Positions 9,243-20,735 of a stretch of DNA of 64,000 bases are shown piece after piece. The notes below the pieces were generated by a model. It was not told the origin of the DNA and did not search any database. It saw nothing but the letters and a program-made list of their open reading frames with translations. Source of the stretch: Gammaproteobacteria bacterium (lineage in GTDB: Bacteria > Pseudomonadota > Gammaproteobacteria > Eutrophobiales > Eutrophobiaceae); contig CAXMWX010000001.1 of assembly GCA_963422205.2 (NCBI GenBank), positions 224,001-288,000 of the forward strand. The letters are read 5' to 3'. The translations under genes and the position numbers were made by a program. Within the stretch, counting starts at the first letter, position 1, and the number at the start of each line of letters is the position of its first letter.

Positions 9243-12200
9243 ATGCCTTATCACCGGCGGGCTGGTATAGTGGTCGGCATCAGTGCTGGCCTGATAACTC
9301 GCCTTATCGCCCCTCTGCGCGTCCGGCGTACCTCGGCCATCCGCATCCGCACCAGCCTGCTAACGAACCGCCGCCTAACAACACGGCGCGCCAGCACCGT
9401 TGCCAACCAACCGGGGCGCCGCCCTGGGCAGCCACCAGTCACGGAACAGCCCGCGCCGCCGCATCACCAGCCGGAACAGCGCTTATTCTCCTCGGCCCAG
9501 GGCCGCCCCCGCCCCCTGGCCCGAATCACGCCGATGGCCACCCCTCTGGCCTGGTTTCTCACCGCCTGGCTCCTGGGTGCCAACACTGCCCTGGCCGCCT
9601 CCTTTACCGTAGGCATGACGCCCCCGAATTTTTTCCCCTCCTTACCCTACCTCTACTCCCTGGATGGGACCGGCCAGATGGGCAACGTACCCGAGGGGCA
9701 AATCCTGGAAAATAAATTTTTTGTCCGTAACTTAGTGTCTCTTCGTTTTGGCAATGGCCTTCGCCTTGATATCAGCGGCACCCTGCGGCTGACTGGCAGC
9801 GACTTTGGTAGTGCGATCAATGCTCGAGCCGATGGTGCGCAAGACAATCCGAACACCATCACCATTCGCAGCGGCGGCCTCGTGGAGTCACGAAGCTCCG
9901 GCAGATTCGCCATACCTGTGCGTATAGCCGGCAATTACAACAGGCTGGATGTGCATGCGGGCGGGCGCATCCTCAGCACCCATAACAATGCCGTGTTCTC
10001 CTATGGTGACAACACCACCATCAACGTGGCCGGCACCATCACCACCGAGGGCCGCGGGGCACCCACAGCCAGCGGATCATCCGGAGCCATATTCGGCGAA
10101 GCTATTATTATCAGGGATGCCGACAACGCCAACATCAACATCATGGCTGGCGGCCTGCTGGAGACCACCGCCTGTCTGACGGACGGCATGAACGGTGCCA
10201 GCACCTGCCCCGCCAATGCCAACCCCAACCCCTCCAACGGCCACGGTATAAACATTTCAGGGGAAAACGCCACCATCACCCTGGGCACGGAACCGATGAT
10301 GGGCACCACGGTCAGCTTTGATGGGATGAACGAAGCCAGAAACGCCCGCATCATCACCCTGGGCGCTACTTCCCACGGCATCGTCCTCGCCGCTACCGGG
10401 GCGGCGATGAGCAACATCGGCCGCATCACCACTTATGCCGACAGCCTGATTCGCACCATGGGTGCCGGTGCCCACGGCATCGTGATTGGTGATACCCCCG
10501 GTGATTCGACAACCACCGCCGTTGAAAATACCGCCGCGGTGAGGCTGGACTTGGGCGGGCATATCGAAGTGACGGGTGCCAATGCCGTGGGGCTGCAACT
10601 GTCCGATACCAACCTCGTGCTGGCCAATGTCGATGGCAATACGGGCAACGGTAGGGAGATCCGCATTACTGGCCAGATCAGCGCCACGGGTATGGACGGC
10701 GCCGCGATACGCGATAGTAGCGGCACCGGCATCCGCCTGCTGCTCGATGGTGCCATGATCAGGGGTGATGTGGCCCTGGGGGCGGGCGATGATGAGCTGG
10801 ATGTCACCGGCAGCACCGCCATCGGCACGGCCAGCGCCCGCAGGAATATCCGCATGGGCGATGATAATGATCTCGTCAGCTTCCGCAGCAGCGCCATGAG
10901 CTATCTGACCGACATCGACCTCGGTGACGGCAATGACACGCTTGCCTTAAACGCGAACCTTACCATCAGTGGCAGCCTGATGGGCGGGGCCGGAACCGAC
11001 ACCCTGCAGGGCTATACCACCAACGCCACCTGGACGCTTGACACCACGAGCAACCGCTATCAGGCAGACGGCCAGACGGCGGCGCTGCCCTTCGCCGGTT
11101 TTGAGGGACTCTACGGCGGGAACATGAGAGACACCTTTAACATCAGCGTCAGCCACACGGGCAACTTGAGCGGCAGAGGCGGGGCGGACGTCTTCAACCT
11201 CACCGGCGGTGTGCTGATGGGCAATATCGAGGGCGGCGATAACGAGGATACGCTCACCCTCACCGGCACCACCGCCGCCATCGGCAGCAACGTCTCGTCG
11301 ACCATCACCCGCCAGAGCATCAACATGGGCGATGGCGATGATGAGATCACCTTTAACAGCACCGCCACCAGCTACCTCACCGACATCGACCTCGGTGCGG
11401 ACAATGACACGCTCACCTTGAGTGCGAATATCGACATCAGCGGCAGCCTGACCGGCGGGGCAGGCACGGACACCTTAATCGGCTATGCGGCCGATGCCAC
11501 CTGGACGCTGGCCAGAACCGCCAACAGTGGCGCAAACACCTACGCCACCGGCACGGGAACCAGCGCCCGCTCGCAGACCTTTGCTGAATTCCAGAACCTC
11601 ACCGGCGGGTCAATGAATGATGCCTTCACCCTCACCGCCGCCCATGCGGGCAACTTGGATGGCGGGGCGGGCGATGACAGATTCACCCTCACCGCCGCCC
11701 ACACCGGCAACCTTAACGGCGGGGCGGGCGATGATACCCTGATCCTTAACACCGGCGGCAGCCTCACTGGCACCGTGGCCCTCGGTGATGATATGGACAC
11801 CCTCTCCTACGGCAACCGCAGCACCACAGTGGCCGTCACCCTCACCAGCCGCGATGCCACCGGCTTTGCTGGTGCCGCCACGGCCACCGGAGGCTTCTCC
11901 GGCGTCAATGCCTTGACCGCTGGCAGTGCCACCGCCACCACCGATGCCCTGACCGGCTATAACACCACCGCCACCTGGACGCTGGGCAGAACCGGCAACA
12001 GCTATGCCGATGCCAGCCACCGCCTCACCTTCACCGGTTTTGAAAACCTCACCGGCGGGGCGATGATGGATACCTTTGAAGTGACTACGAGCCACACGGG
12101 CGACCTTAACGGGCGTGAGGAGGATGATGTCTTCACCCTCAGCGGCAGCGCCCGCCTCCAGGGCCGAATCATCGGCCATACGGGTTCTGACACCCTTAGG

Positions 12201-15152
12201 GTCACCGACAGCGCCAGCAGCCGCGGGGATATCTGGATGGGCACGGGCAATGACCGTGTCATCTTTAACAGCAGTGCCGCCAGCTACATCAACAGCCTTA
12301 CCCTGGGGGATGGTGCTGATGAGCTCACCCTGGGTGCGGGCGTAAATCTGGCCACCGGCTCCACGCTGGACGGCGGCAGTGACGTTGATACCCTCACCGG
12401 CTATACCACCACCGCCACCTGGATACTGGCCTCGGACGGCAACAGCTATCAGGCGGGCGGGCAGACGCTCAGCTTCTCCGCTTTTGAAAATCTGATCGGC
12501 AGCGCAATGGTCGACACCTTTAACGTGAGTGTGAACCACACCGGCAACCTTAACGGCGGGGATGGCGATGATGCCTTTACCATCAACACCGGCGGCAGCC
12601 TCACTGGCACCGTGGCCCTCGGTGCAGGCAGCGACAGCTTCTCTTACGGCAACCGCAGCACCATAGTGGCCGTCACCCTGACCGGCAGCGATGCCGATGG
12701 TTTTGCGGGCAGTGCCACCGACACCGGCGGCTTCACTGGTGTGAATACCCTGACCGCTGGTAGTGCGATGGACGATGCCCTCACCGGCTATAACGTGGCC
12801 GCCACCTGGACAGTCGCCACAGCGGGCAACACCTACGGCACTGGCACGGGGCAAAATGCGCGCAGCCTCACCTTCTCCGGCTTTGAAAACCTCACCGGCG
12901 GCGCGATGGCGGACACCTTTGAGATCCGCACCAACCACCGCGGCAATATCAACAGCAGCGCGGGCGATGACATCGTCGCCCTTTATGGCTCTGTCACCCT
13001 CACCGGTGTCGTTAATCTGGGGGCAGGCGGCGGGGATTTTCTGCAATTTAACAACCTGGGCTCGGGCGACTTCACCCTCACCGGCAGCGATGCCACCGGC
13101 TTTTCCGGCACCCACTCGGCGATTACGGGCGGGTTCCGGGGCGTAAATTCACTTGCTGCCAACGACCCCCCAACCGGCGGCGCAGTCCACAACCTGATCG
13201 GCCTGAACCGGAACGCCACCTGGACGTCGGATAGCCAGGGCATACGGTATGCCGTGACCGAAGGCACAACCACCCGCAGCCTGGGATTATTCCATTTTGA
13301 ACAATTCACCGGTGGCACGGGCAACGATACCTTCAATGTGGGCTTCAACGACGATATCGACATCAATGGCGGGGCAGGCGATGACCGCTTCAACCTGAGC
13401 GGGCTAATCACGGGCAATCTGACCGGCGGGGCGATGATGGATACCTTCACCATCAGCACCGACCACACCGGCAACCTTGATGGTGGGGCGGGCGATGACA
13501 GCTTCACCCTGAGCGCCGGTACCCTCACAGGCAACCTCACTGGCGGCGATGACAATGATACCGTCACCATGGACGGGGATGCCCGGCTGGTCGGTGATAT
13601 TACCCTGGGGACAGGCGATGATACCCTGACCTTTGCCAGTGCCGATGTGCGCTTCTTTGGTCTGGCCGATGGTGGCCCCGGCATGGACACCCTGAATGGC
13701 CTGCAACTGTTCACCGAGGCCAGTGCCACCACCATCTTCCGCTTCCGCAACTTTGAGACCGTCAATGGTGAGACAGAACTGCTGACCAACCTGCCGGTAG
13801 TGGCACGTCAGGAGACGATGGATGCGGCAGGCACCATCATCTCTTATACCGATGGTCAACCCCCACCGCCACCACCCGCACCCCAAGGCACAGGCACGGG
13901 GACAGGCACAACACCACCGCCCACAGGCGGCACAGCCACACCCCCACCCCCATCCCCGACCGACTTTGCGGTGTTGGCGGCGGCCTATTGTGAGGCCACG
14001 GGGACAGCCTGTCAGCCCGCCACCGCCACCCGACCGGCCACCGTCACACCGACCCCGCCAGCACTCCCTGACCCGACCACCCTGCCCGATGAGCCTGCCA
14101 GGGCAGCCGCCCGTGACCGCTTCCAGAGCCAGGTCGAGAGCTATGTCTATGTTGACCCCACCGGCCCGTCCGTACAAGCCTCTGCCGTGGGCGCTCTGAC
14201 CACCACCATCAACACCCTCATCAGTCAACGGCTGTCCGCTTATCGCCGTGCTGCCCGCCCACCGGTGCAGGTGGCCGCCACCGCCCTGCTGCCGGGGATG
14301 CTGGCCAGGGGAGAAGACCCGCTCATCTGGGGAGAATTGTTTGCTTCTGACCGGCAACGGGGACGGGATGGCCGCACCCTGTCCTACTCCCATGAGTACC
14401 GGGGCGTGTTGTTCGGGGCCGAGCAGCGTTATGGGCAGGAGGCCGTGCTGGGGTTGATGCTGGGCTATGCCGATGCCGATGTCAGCACCCACATCACGGC
14501 GCTGAATGTCGAGACCGGCAGCCTCTTCGGGGGAGTGTATGGCCGTCTTGACCTGGCTGGACTGGCGGTGGATGTGGGGCTGAACTTAGGCTATGAAGAG
14601 CATGACAATCAGCGCTTTATCCCCCAGCAAAGACAAACTGCCGAAACCAGCACCCACAGCTTCTTTATCAACCCGTCCCTGACAGTCAGCCAGAGCTATA
14701 GGGTAGAGGCCCTGTCCGGCCGGGCAACCTTTCGTCTCACTCCCTCCCTGAGCATGAGCTACACCGCCGCCTTCTATGGGGACTACACCGAGCGGGGGGC
14801 AGCGGGGTTTAATCTTAGCGTTGATAGCCGCACGGCCCATAACCTGACCACCCGGCTGCAACTGGGTGGCGACTGGGCGCTGCCGAAGAGTAACAGCGGG
14901 CTGGGGCTGCGCTTAGGATTACAGAGCCGCTTCACCGACAGCAGTGACTTTGAAGGGACTTTGAGTGGGGCGAGCTTCAGCTATGCCAGCGATGCGGATA
15001 AGAGCGTACACAGCCTGTATGTCGGTGTGGATGGTCGGCACGAGCTCCGTGATAATCTCAAGCTGCTGGTCGATGTGGAATACAACCATGATGTGGGGGA
15101 GGTGAGTGAGCGGGCCTTGAGTGGGATTGTCAGGTTGGAGTATGCCTATTAG
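9243..15152 (+). CDS. Large type V autotransporter / adhesin with RTX-like GGxGxD repeats
   Basis: Signal peptide MATPLAWFLTAWLLGANTALA (alternative start ATG 9534); Gly/Thr/Asp-rich repeat passenger; Pro-rich linker about 13857-14100; beta-barrel from about 14320 ending RLEYAY. Confidence 0.9.
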   Translation: MPYHRRAGIVVGISAGLITRLIAPLRVRRTSAIRIRTSLLTNRRLTTRRASTVANQPGRRPGQPPVTEQPAPPHHQPEQRLFSSAQGRPRPLARITPMATPLAWFLTAWLLGANTALAASFTVGMTPPNFFPSLPYLYSLDGTGQMGNVPEGQILENKFFVRNLVSLRFGNGLRLDISGTLRLTGSDFGSAINARADGAQDNPNTITIRSGGLVESRSSGRFAIPVRIAGNYNRLDVHAGGRILSTHNNAVFSYGDNTTINVAGTITTEGRGAPTASGSSGAIFGEAIIIRDADNANINIMAGGLLETTACLTDGMNGASTCPANANPNPSNGHGINISGENATITLGTEPMMGTTVSFDGMNEARNARIITLGATSHGIVLAATGAAMSNIGRITTYADSLIRTMGAGAHGIVIGDTPGDSTTTAVENTAAVRLDLGGHIEVTGANAVGLQLSDTNLVLANVDGNTGNGREIRITGQISATGMDGAAIRDSSGTGIRLLLDGAMIRGDVALGAGDDELDVTGSTAIGTASARRNIRMGDDNDLVSFRSSAMSYLTDIDLGDGNDTLALNANLTISGSLMGGAGTDTLQGYTTNATWTLDTTSNRYQADGQTAALPFAGFEGLYGGNMRDTFNISVSHTGNLSGRGGADVFNLTGGVLMGNIEGGDNEDTLTLTGTTAAIGSNVSSTITRQSINMGDGDDEITFNSTATSYLTDIDLGADNDTLTLSANIDISGSLTGGAGTDTLIGYAADATWTLARTANSGANTYATGTGTSARSQTFAEFQNLTGGSMNDAFTLTAAHAGNLDGGAGDDRFTLTAAHTGNLNGGAGDDTLILNTGGSLTGTVALGDDMDTLSYGNRSTTVAVTLTSRDATGFAGAATATGGFSGVNALTAGSATATTDALTGYNTTATWTLGRTGNSYADASHRLTFTGFENLTGGAMMDTFEVTTSHTGDLNGREEDDVFTLSGSARLQGRIIGHTGSDTLRVTDSASSRGDIWMGTGNDRVIFNSSAASYINSLTLGDGADELTLGAGVNLATGSTLDGGSDVDTLTGYTTTATWILASDGNSYQAGGQTLSFSAFENLIGSAMVDTFNVSVNHTGNLNGGDGDDAFTINTGGSLTGTVALGAGSDSFSYGNRSTIVAVTLTGSDADGFAGSATDTGGFTGVNTLTAGSAMDDALTGYNVAATWTVATAGNTYGTGTGQNARSLTFSGFENLTGGAMADTFEIRTNHRGNINSSAGDDIVALYGSVTLTGVVNLGAGGGDFLQFNNLGSGDFTLTGSDATGFSGTHSAITGGFRGVNSLAANDPPTGGAVHNLIGLNRNATWTSDSQGIRYAVTEGTTTRSLGLFHFEQFTGGTGNDTFNVGFNDDIDINGGAGDDRFNLSGLITGNLTGGAMMDTFTISTDHTGNLDGGAGDDSFTLSAGTLTGNLTGGDDNDTVTMDGDARLVGDITLGTGDDTLTFASADVRFFGLADGGPGMDTLNGLQLFTEASATTIFRFRNFETVNGETELLTNLPVVARQETMDAAGTIISYTDGQPPPPPPAPQGTGTGTGTTPPPTGGTATPPPPSPTDFAVLAAAYCEATGTACQPATATRPATVTPTPPALPDPTTLPDEPARAAARDRFQSQVESYVYVDPTGPSVQASAVGALTTTINTLISQRLSAYRRAARPPVQVAATALLPGMLARGEDPLIWGELFASDRQRGRDGRTLSYSHEYRGVLFGAEQRYGQEAVLGLMLGYADADVSTHITALNVETGSLFGGVYGRLDLAGLAVDVGLNLGYEEHDNQRFIPQQRQTAETSTHSFFINPSLTVSQSYRVEALSGRATFRLTPSLSMSYTAAFYGDYTERGAAGFNLSVDSRTAHNLTTRLQLGGDWALPKSNSGLGLRLGLQSRFTDSSDFEGTLSGASFSYASDADKSVHSLYVGVDGRHELRDNLKLLVDVEYNHDVGEVSERALSGIVRLEYAY
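11700..12815 (+). repeat. Internal duplicated module in the autotransporter
   Basis: About 11700-11980 recurs with high similarity 837 bp downstream (HTGNLNGG..DD...NTGGSLTGTVALG...SYGNRST.VAVTLT). Confidence 0.85.
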
Positions 15153-15198
15153 GTGGGGTGGGATGACGCAGGGGCGACTGCTCAGGATGGCAGTAACC

Positions 15199-15273
15199 CG
15201 TCATTCTGAGCGTAGCGAAGAATCTATGGTTCTGTGTGATAGATCCTTCGTCACTTTGTTCCTCAGGATGACG
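15199..15273. mobile_element. Palindromic miniature element (REP/MITE-like), copy 1
   Basis: Outer IR CGTCATTCTGAG...CTCAGGATGACG; inner IR CGAAGAATCTAT...ATAGATCCTTCG. Confidence 0.75.
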
Positions 15274-15310
15274 AGAGGGAGGGCAACTGCTCAGGATGTG
15301 ACAAGCAGCA

Positions 15311-15465
15311 CGTCATTCTGAGCGAACGACTACAGGGATGTAGGAGGTAGAGAATGTCAGGAACACATTATCGAGGTAGAAAACGTCGGGAACAGGTTTT
15401 CGAGCGAAGAATCTATGTGCTACTGCAATAGAGCCTTACGGTCGCTCGAAAATAGGCCAGGGATG
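15311..15465. mobile_element. Second copy of the miniature element carrying a nested insert of about 75 bp
   Basis: CGTCATTCTGAGCG[insert]AGCGAAGAATCTATG; insert begins ACTACAGGGATGTAG and has two GAGGTAGA-led units. Confidence 0.65.
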
Positions 15466-15515
15466 GTGGGATACGTGATGCTTGTCGGTTGATAGCAAAG
15501 ATGGCGCCTGCCCGG

Positions 15516-15750
15516 TCAGTCGTTGGCGTAGACAGTCGGGTCGGTGATGCTGGCCGCTGTGAAGCCCTGACGCCGAAACCGACAGGCATCACAATAGCCA
15601 CAGGCCTGGCCTGCCTGGTCTGCCTGGTCTGCCTGATAGCAGGAAATAGTGAGATCATAATCCATACCAAGGCGGCTTCCCGTTCGAATGATCTCTGCCT
15701 TGTGCATGCCGATCAAGGTCGTATGGATAGCAAAAGACTGACCGGCAAGC
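15516..15750 (-). pseudogene. queC: 3' fragment of 7-cyano-7-deazaguanine synthase
   Basis: [26 protein letters not shown]...G.ACG.CDACR.R..GF....DPT.Y matches the QueC Zn-binding C-terminus; N-terminal SGGLDS domain not seen. Confidence 0.8.
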
Positions 15751-15883
15751 CAGGGTAAAGGCAGATGGGCGGGGATAGCGGTCAGGGATGGGGGATTTAG
15801 GCAATGCTCGGCACTGATGGTATCAAGCCAGGAGACTAGCGAAAGATGGCTGGGGATGATGCCGGGGTTAAGTGGGAGTGAGT

Positions 15884-15925
15884 CAGAGATAATTGGCGAT
15901 AATTAGTGATAATCAGAGATAATCT
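15884..15925. repeat. Four GATAAT hexamers at 10-bp period
   Basis: cagaGATAAT tggcGATAAT tagtGATAAT cagaGATAAT ct. Confidence 0.75.
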
Positions 15926-16129
15926 TGGGGGGCGCCGGGGTAGGCAGGGATGACCGAAGTTGAGTAGCGCAATTACGCCGGTATCAGTTAGGAATGAGGC
16001 AAGGCCGCTCGCCATGCCGTATGTAATCTGCCTTGTTGGCAAGGTGATGGATTGCAAGTGCGGTGATCCGATCAGACGGGCGTGAATTGACTACCTGCAA
16101 CCGGGCGATTATGCTTACCCGCTAGAGCC

Positions 16130-16711
16130 ATGTCCATCCCCGCCCGTAAAACTCACCCCAGTGCGACCTATCAGGATGTGCTGGATGCACCGCCGCACAA
16201 GGTGGCAGAAGTCATCTATGGCGTGCTGCGAATGCAACCACGACCGGCTATACCTCATGCTTGGGCAAGTTCGACATTGGGGATGGAAGTTGGCAACCCT
16301 TTTGGTCGTGGTCGCGGCGGCCCCGGTGGCTGGTGGATTATTGATGAGCCGGAGTTACACTTCGGTGAGGATATTCTCGTCCCCGATCTCGCCGGTTGGC
16401 GGCGTGAAACCTTGCCCAGTCTTCCCAATGCGGCCTTCTTTGAGCTTGCCCCGGACTGGGTCTGTGAGGTGTTATCGCCCTCGACCCGCCAGTTGGACTT
16501 GACCGACAAACGCGACATCTATGCCCGTGAAGAGGTTGCTTACCTGTGGTTTGTCGACCCGGACGTGCGTACACTGGAGGCGTTTCAACTCAACAGTGGC
16601 CTATGGTCGCTAATCGCCTCCTTAGCCGGTGATGCCGCCGTCTCTGTTCCCCCGTTTGATGCGATCAGTTTCCCACTGAGTGCGCTGTGGCCGGATGGGG
16701 AAGGCGATTGA
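16130..16711 (+). CDS. Uma2 (DUF820) family endonuclease
   Basis: AE.I.G.L..QPRP..PH, EPELH, LVPDLAGW, APDWVCEVLSPST, D...K..IYA..V..LW.VDP. Confidence 0.92.
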   Translation: MSIPARKTHPSATYQDVLDAPPHKVAEVIYGVLRMQPRPAIPHAWASSTLGMEVGNPFGRGRGGPGGWWIIDEPELHFGEDILVPDLAGWRRETLPSLPNAAFFELAPDWVCEVLSPSTRQLDLTDKRDIYAREEVAYLWFVDPDVRTLEAFQLNSGLWSLIASLAGDAAVSVPPFDAISFPLSALWPDGEGD

Positions 16712-16927
16712 TCTAATCGTAGCCATTATCCCCTTTCTCTTCGAATGCCTTTGCGGGCATCTCATCTGTTATACACTGTTTGTCAGCCTCCACTGGATGA
16801 GTAGCTGACATGATCGCATTAAAGCCCCCGCCCCTGACAAGCCGAAATGAGATTATTCGGGGCAACGCTTTATGGCATAATGGCGACCTGATTTACATAT
16901 AAAAAGCCAGGCCGAGAGGTGATACAC

Positions 16928-18865
<1,938 letters not shown>

Positions 18866-18929
18866 ACCCGGCTGAGATCGTCATGCTGATCTGGCCCTGG
18901 TGGCGGCACACCTGCTCGCTGCCGTTGGC

Positions 18930-19802
18930 TCAATCATCCGCCAGCCTGGGATCCAGTGCATCACGCAGGCCATCGCCTAAAAAATTTAAGGCAAACAAGG
19001 CCAGCGACAAGGTGAGCGCCGGGAAGAGCAGCAGCCAGGGATGGACTTCCATGGATTCTATGCCATAGGCGATCAGCAGCCCCCAGGAGCTCTGTGGCGG
19101 TTGTATGCCCAGCCCCAGAAAACTCAGGAAAGATTCCAGCAGGATCACATTCGGGATCGTTAAGGTGGTATAGACGATGATGACGCCGCTGATGTTGGGC
19201 AGCACATGCCGCCACATGATCTGCCAGGTCGGCAGCCCCAGGGTGATCGCCGCTTCAATGTACGCCTGCTCTCTGATGCTTATCACCTGACCGCGCACCA
19301 CCCGGGCCATGGTCAACCATTCCACCGCACCAATGGCAAGAAAAAGCAGCAGCAGGTTACGGCCGAACACCACCATCAACAGGATAATAAAGATCGTAAA
19401 CGGCAGGGCATACAGAATATCGACAGTACGCATCATGACAGCATCCACATAGCCGCCCAGATAGCCGGCCACAATCCCCCAGGTCACGCCGATGCTCAAG
19501 GCGACAGCCGTTGCCAGCAAGCCGACAGCCAGTGATATGCGGCTGCCGTACAGGATTCGGGTCAACAGGTCTCGGCCGAAGGTGTCAGTCCCCAGCCAGT
19601 GTTGCCAGGAGGGTGGGGTGGCGCCCAGGCTCAAGTTCTGCTCGGCATAGGAATACGGCGCGATCCAGGGCGTGAGCAGGGCGATCATGGCAAGCCCCAG
19701 CACCACCGACAAACTGACCATCGCCAGTTTATTGCGATACAGCCGGGCGCTGGCATCCCGCCACAGCGAGCGTCCGGCAAGCCTTGCGCTGCTGGTATCC
19801 AT
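18930..19802 (-). CDS. oppC: Oligopeptide ABC permease (OppC-like)
   Basis: HWLGTDTFGRD, EAA loop, ESFLSFLGLGIQPPQSSWG, LGDGLRDALDP. Confidence 0.88.
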   Translation of the reverse strand: MDTSSARLAGRSLWRDASARLYRNKLAMVSLSVVLGLAMIALLTPWIAPYSYAEQNLSLGATPPSWQHWLGTDTFGRDLLTRILYGSRISLAVGLLATAVALSIGVTWGIVAGYLGGYVDAVMMRTVDILYALPFTIFIILLMVVFGRNLLLLFLAIGAVEWLTMARVVRGQVISIREQAYIEAAITLGLPTWQIMWRHVLPNISGVIIVYTTLTIPNVILLESFLSFLGLGIQPPQSSWGLLIAYGIESMEVHPWLLLFPALTLSLALFALNFLGDGLRDALDPRLADD

Positions 19803-20731
19803 CAGCCGGCCTTGCCGCTTCGCCGTTTGGGGTCCAGCCAGGCGCTGAGGACATCGGCCAGCAGGTTGAAGCCGATGATCAGGGTGGAGAAAAATAACGT
19901 CATGCCCAGTATCAGGGTATAGTCCCTGTTAAAAGCCGCCTGCACGTAATAGCGCCCCAGCCCTGGAATTTGAAACAGGGTTTCAACCACAAAAGAGCCG
20001 CCGATAAGGCCGGCCATCGCCGGCCCCAGAAAAGACACCACGGGCAGCAGGCCGCCTTTCAAGGCATGGCGGATGATGATCATCACCTCACTGACGCCTT
20101 TTGCCCTCGCCGTGCGAATAAAATCAGCGGATAAAATCTCCAGCAGGCCGCCGCGGCAAAGGCGGGCAATATAGGCAGCATAGGCCGAACCCAGGGTGAT
20201 CACTGGCAGCAGCTTGTCGCCAGGGATATTGCCCCAGCCAGCCACCGGCAGCCATGCCAGCCAGATCCCGAACACCAGCACCAGCGATGGGCCTAACACA
20301 TAAGATGGCAGGCAGATCCCGACCATGGCGATGGCCATAGGCAGATGATCCGACCAGGTATTGGGGCGCAAGACGGCAATGATGCCGCTGCTGATCCCCA
20401 GGATGAGCGCAAATAACAGCGCCCACAGGCCGAGCTCCAGGGTGACGGGCAGGCCGGCCGCGATGATTTCATTGACGCTGCGGCCGGGAAATTTGAATGA
20501 AGGCCCTAAATCGCCGCGCACTGCCTGGCTTAAATAGTCGATGAGCTGGACGTGCAGGGGTTGATCCAGCCGGTAGCGCTCGTTCAGTTTTTTCAAGATC
20601 GATTCTGGTACGGCTCTCTCCTCATCAAACGGGCCGCCCGGTGCCAGGTGAATCAGGAAAAACGTGGCGCAGGTAACGATCAGTAATATCGGTATGGCGT
20701 GTACCAGGCGTTGCAGGATGTAATTGAACAT
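19802..20731 (-). CDS. oppB: Oligopeptide ABC permease (OppB-like)
   Basis: LAPGGPF, GDLGPSFK, DFIRTARAKG, VETLFQIPGLG, NRDY. Confidence 0.88.
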   Translation of the reverse strand: MFNYILQRLVHAIPILLIVTCATFFLIHLAPGGPFDEERAVPESILKKLNERYRLDQPLHVQLIDYLSQAVRGDLGPSFKFPGRSVNEIIAAGLPVTLELGLWALLFALILGISSGIIAVLRPNTWSDHLPMAIAMVGICLPSYVLGPSLVLVFGIWLAWLPVAGWGNIPGDKLLPVITLGSAYAAYIARLCRGGLLEILSADFIRTARAKGVSEVMIIIRHALKGGLLPVVSFLGPAMAGLIGGSFVVETLFQIPGLGRYYVQAAFNRDYTLILGMTLFFSTLIIGFNLLADVLSAWLDPKRRSGKAG

Positions 20732-20735
20732 GGCC

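Noticed and set aside
11610-14492. Long antisense ORFs opposite the autotransporter (also opposite acs and others)
   Set aside because: Shadow frames expected from GC-rich codon bias; no recognizable motifs
15160-15465. Possible CRISPR array
   Set aside because: Repeats are imperfect and palindromic, spacing is irregular, and there are no cas genes
15466-15515. tRNA downstream of the queC remnant
   Set aside because: No cloverleaf or T-loop motif visible
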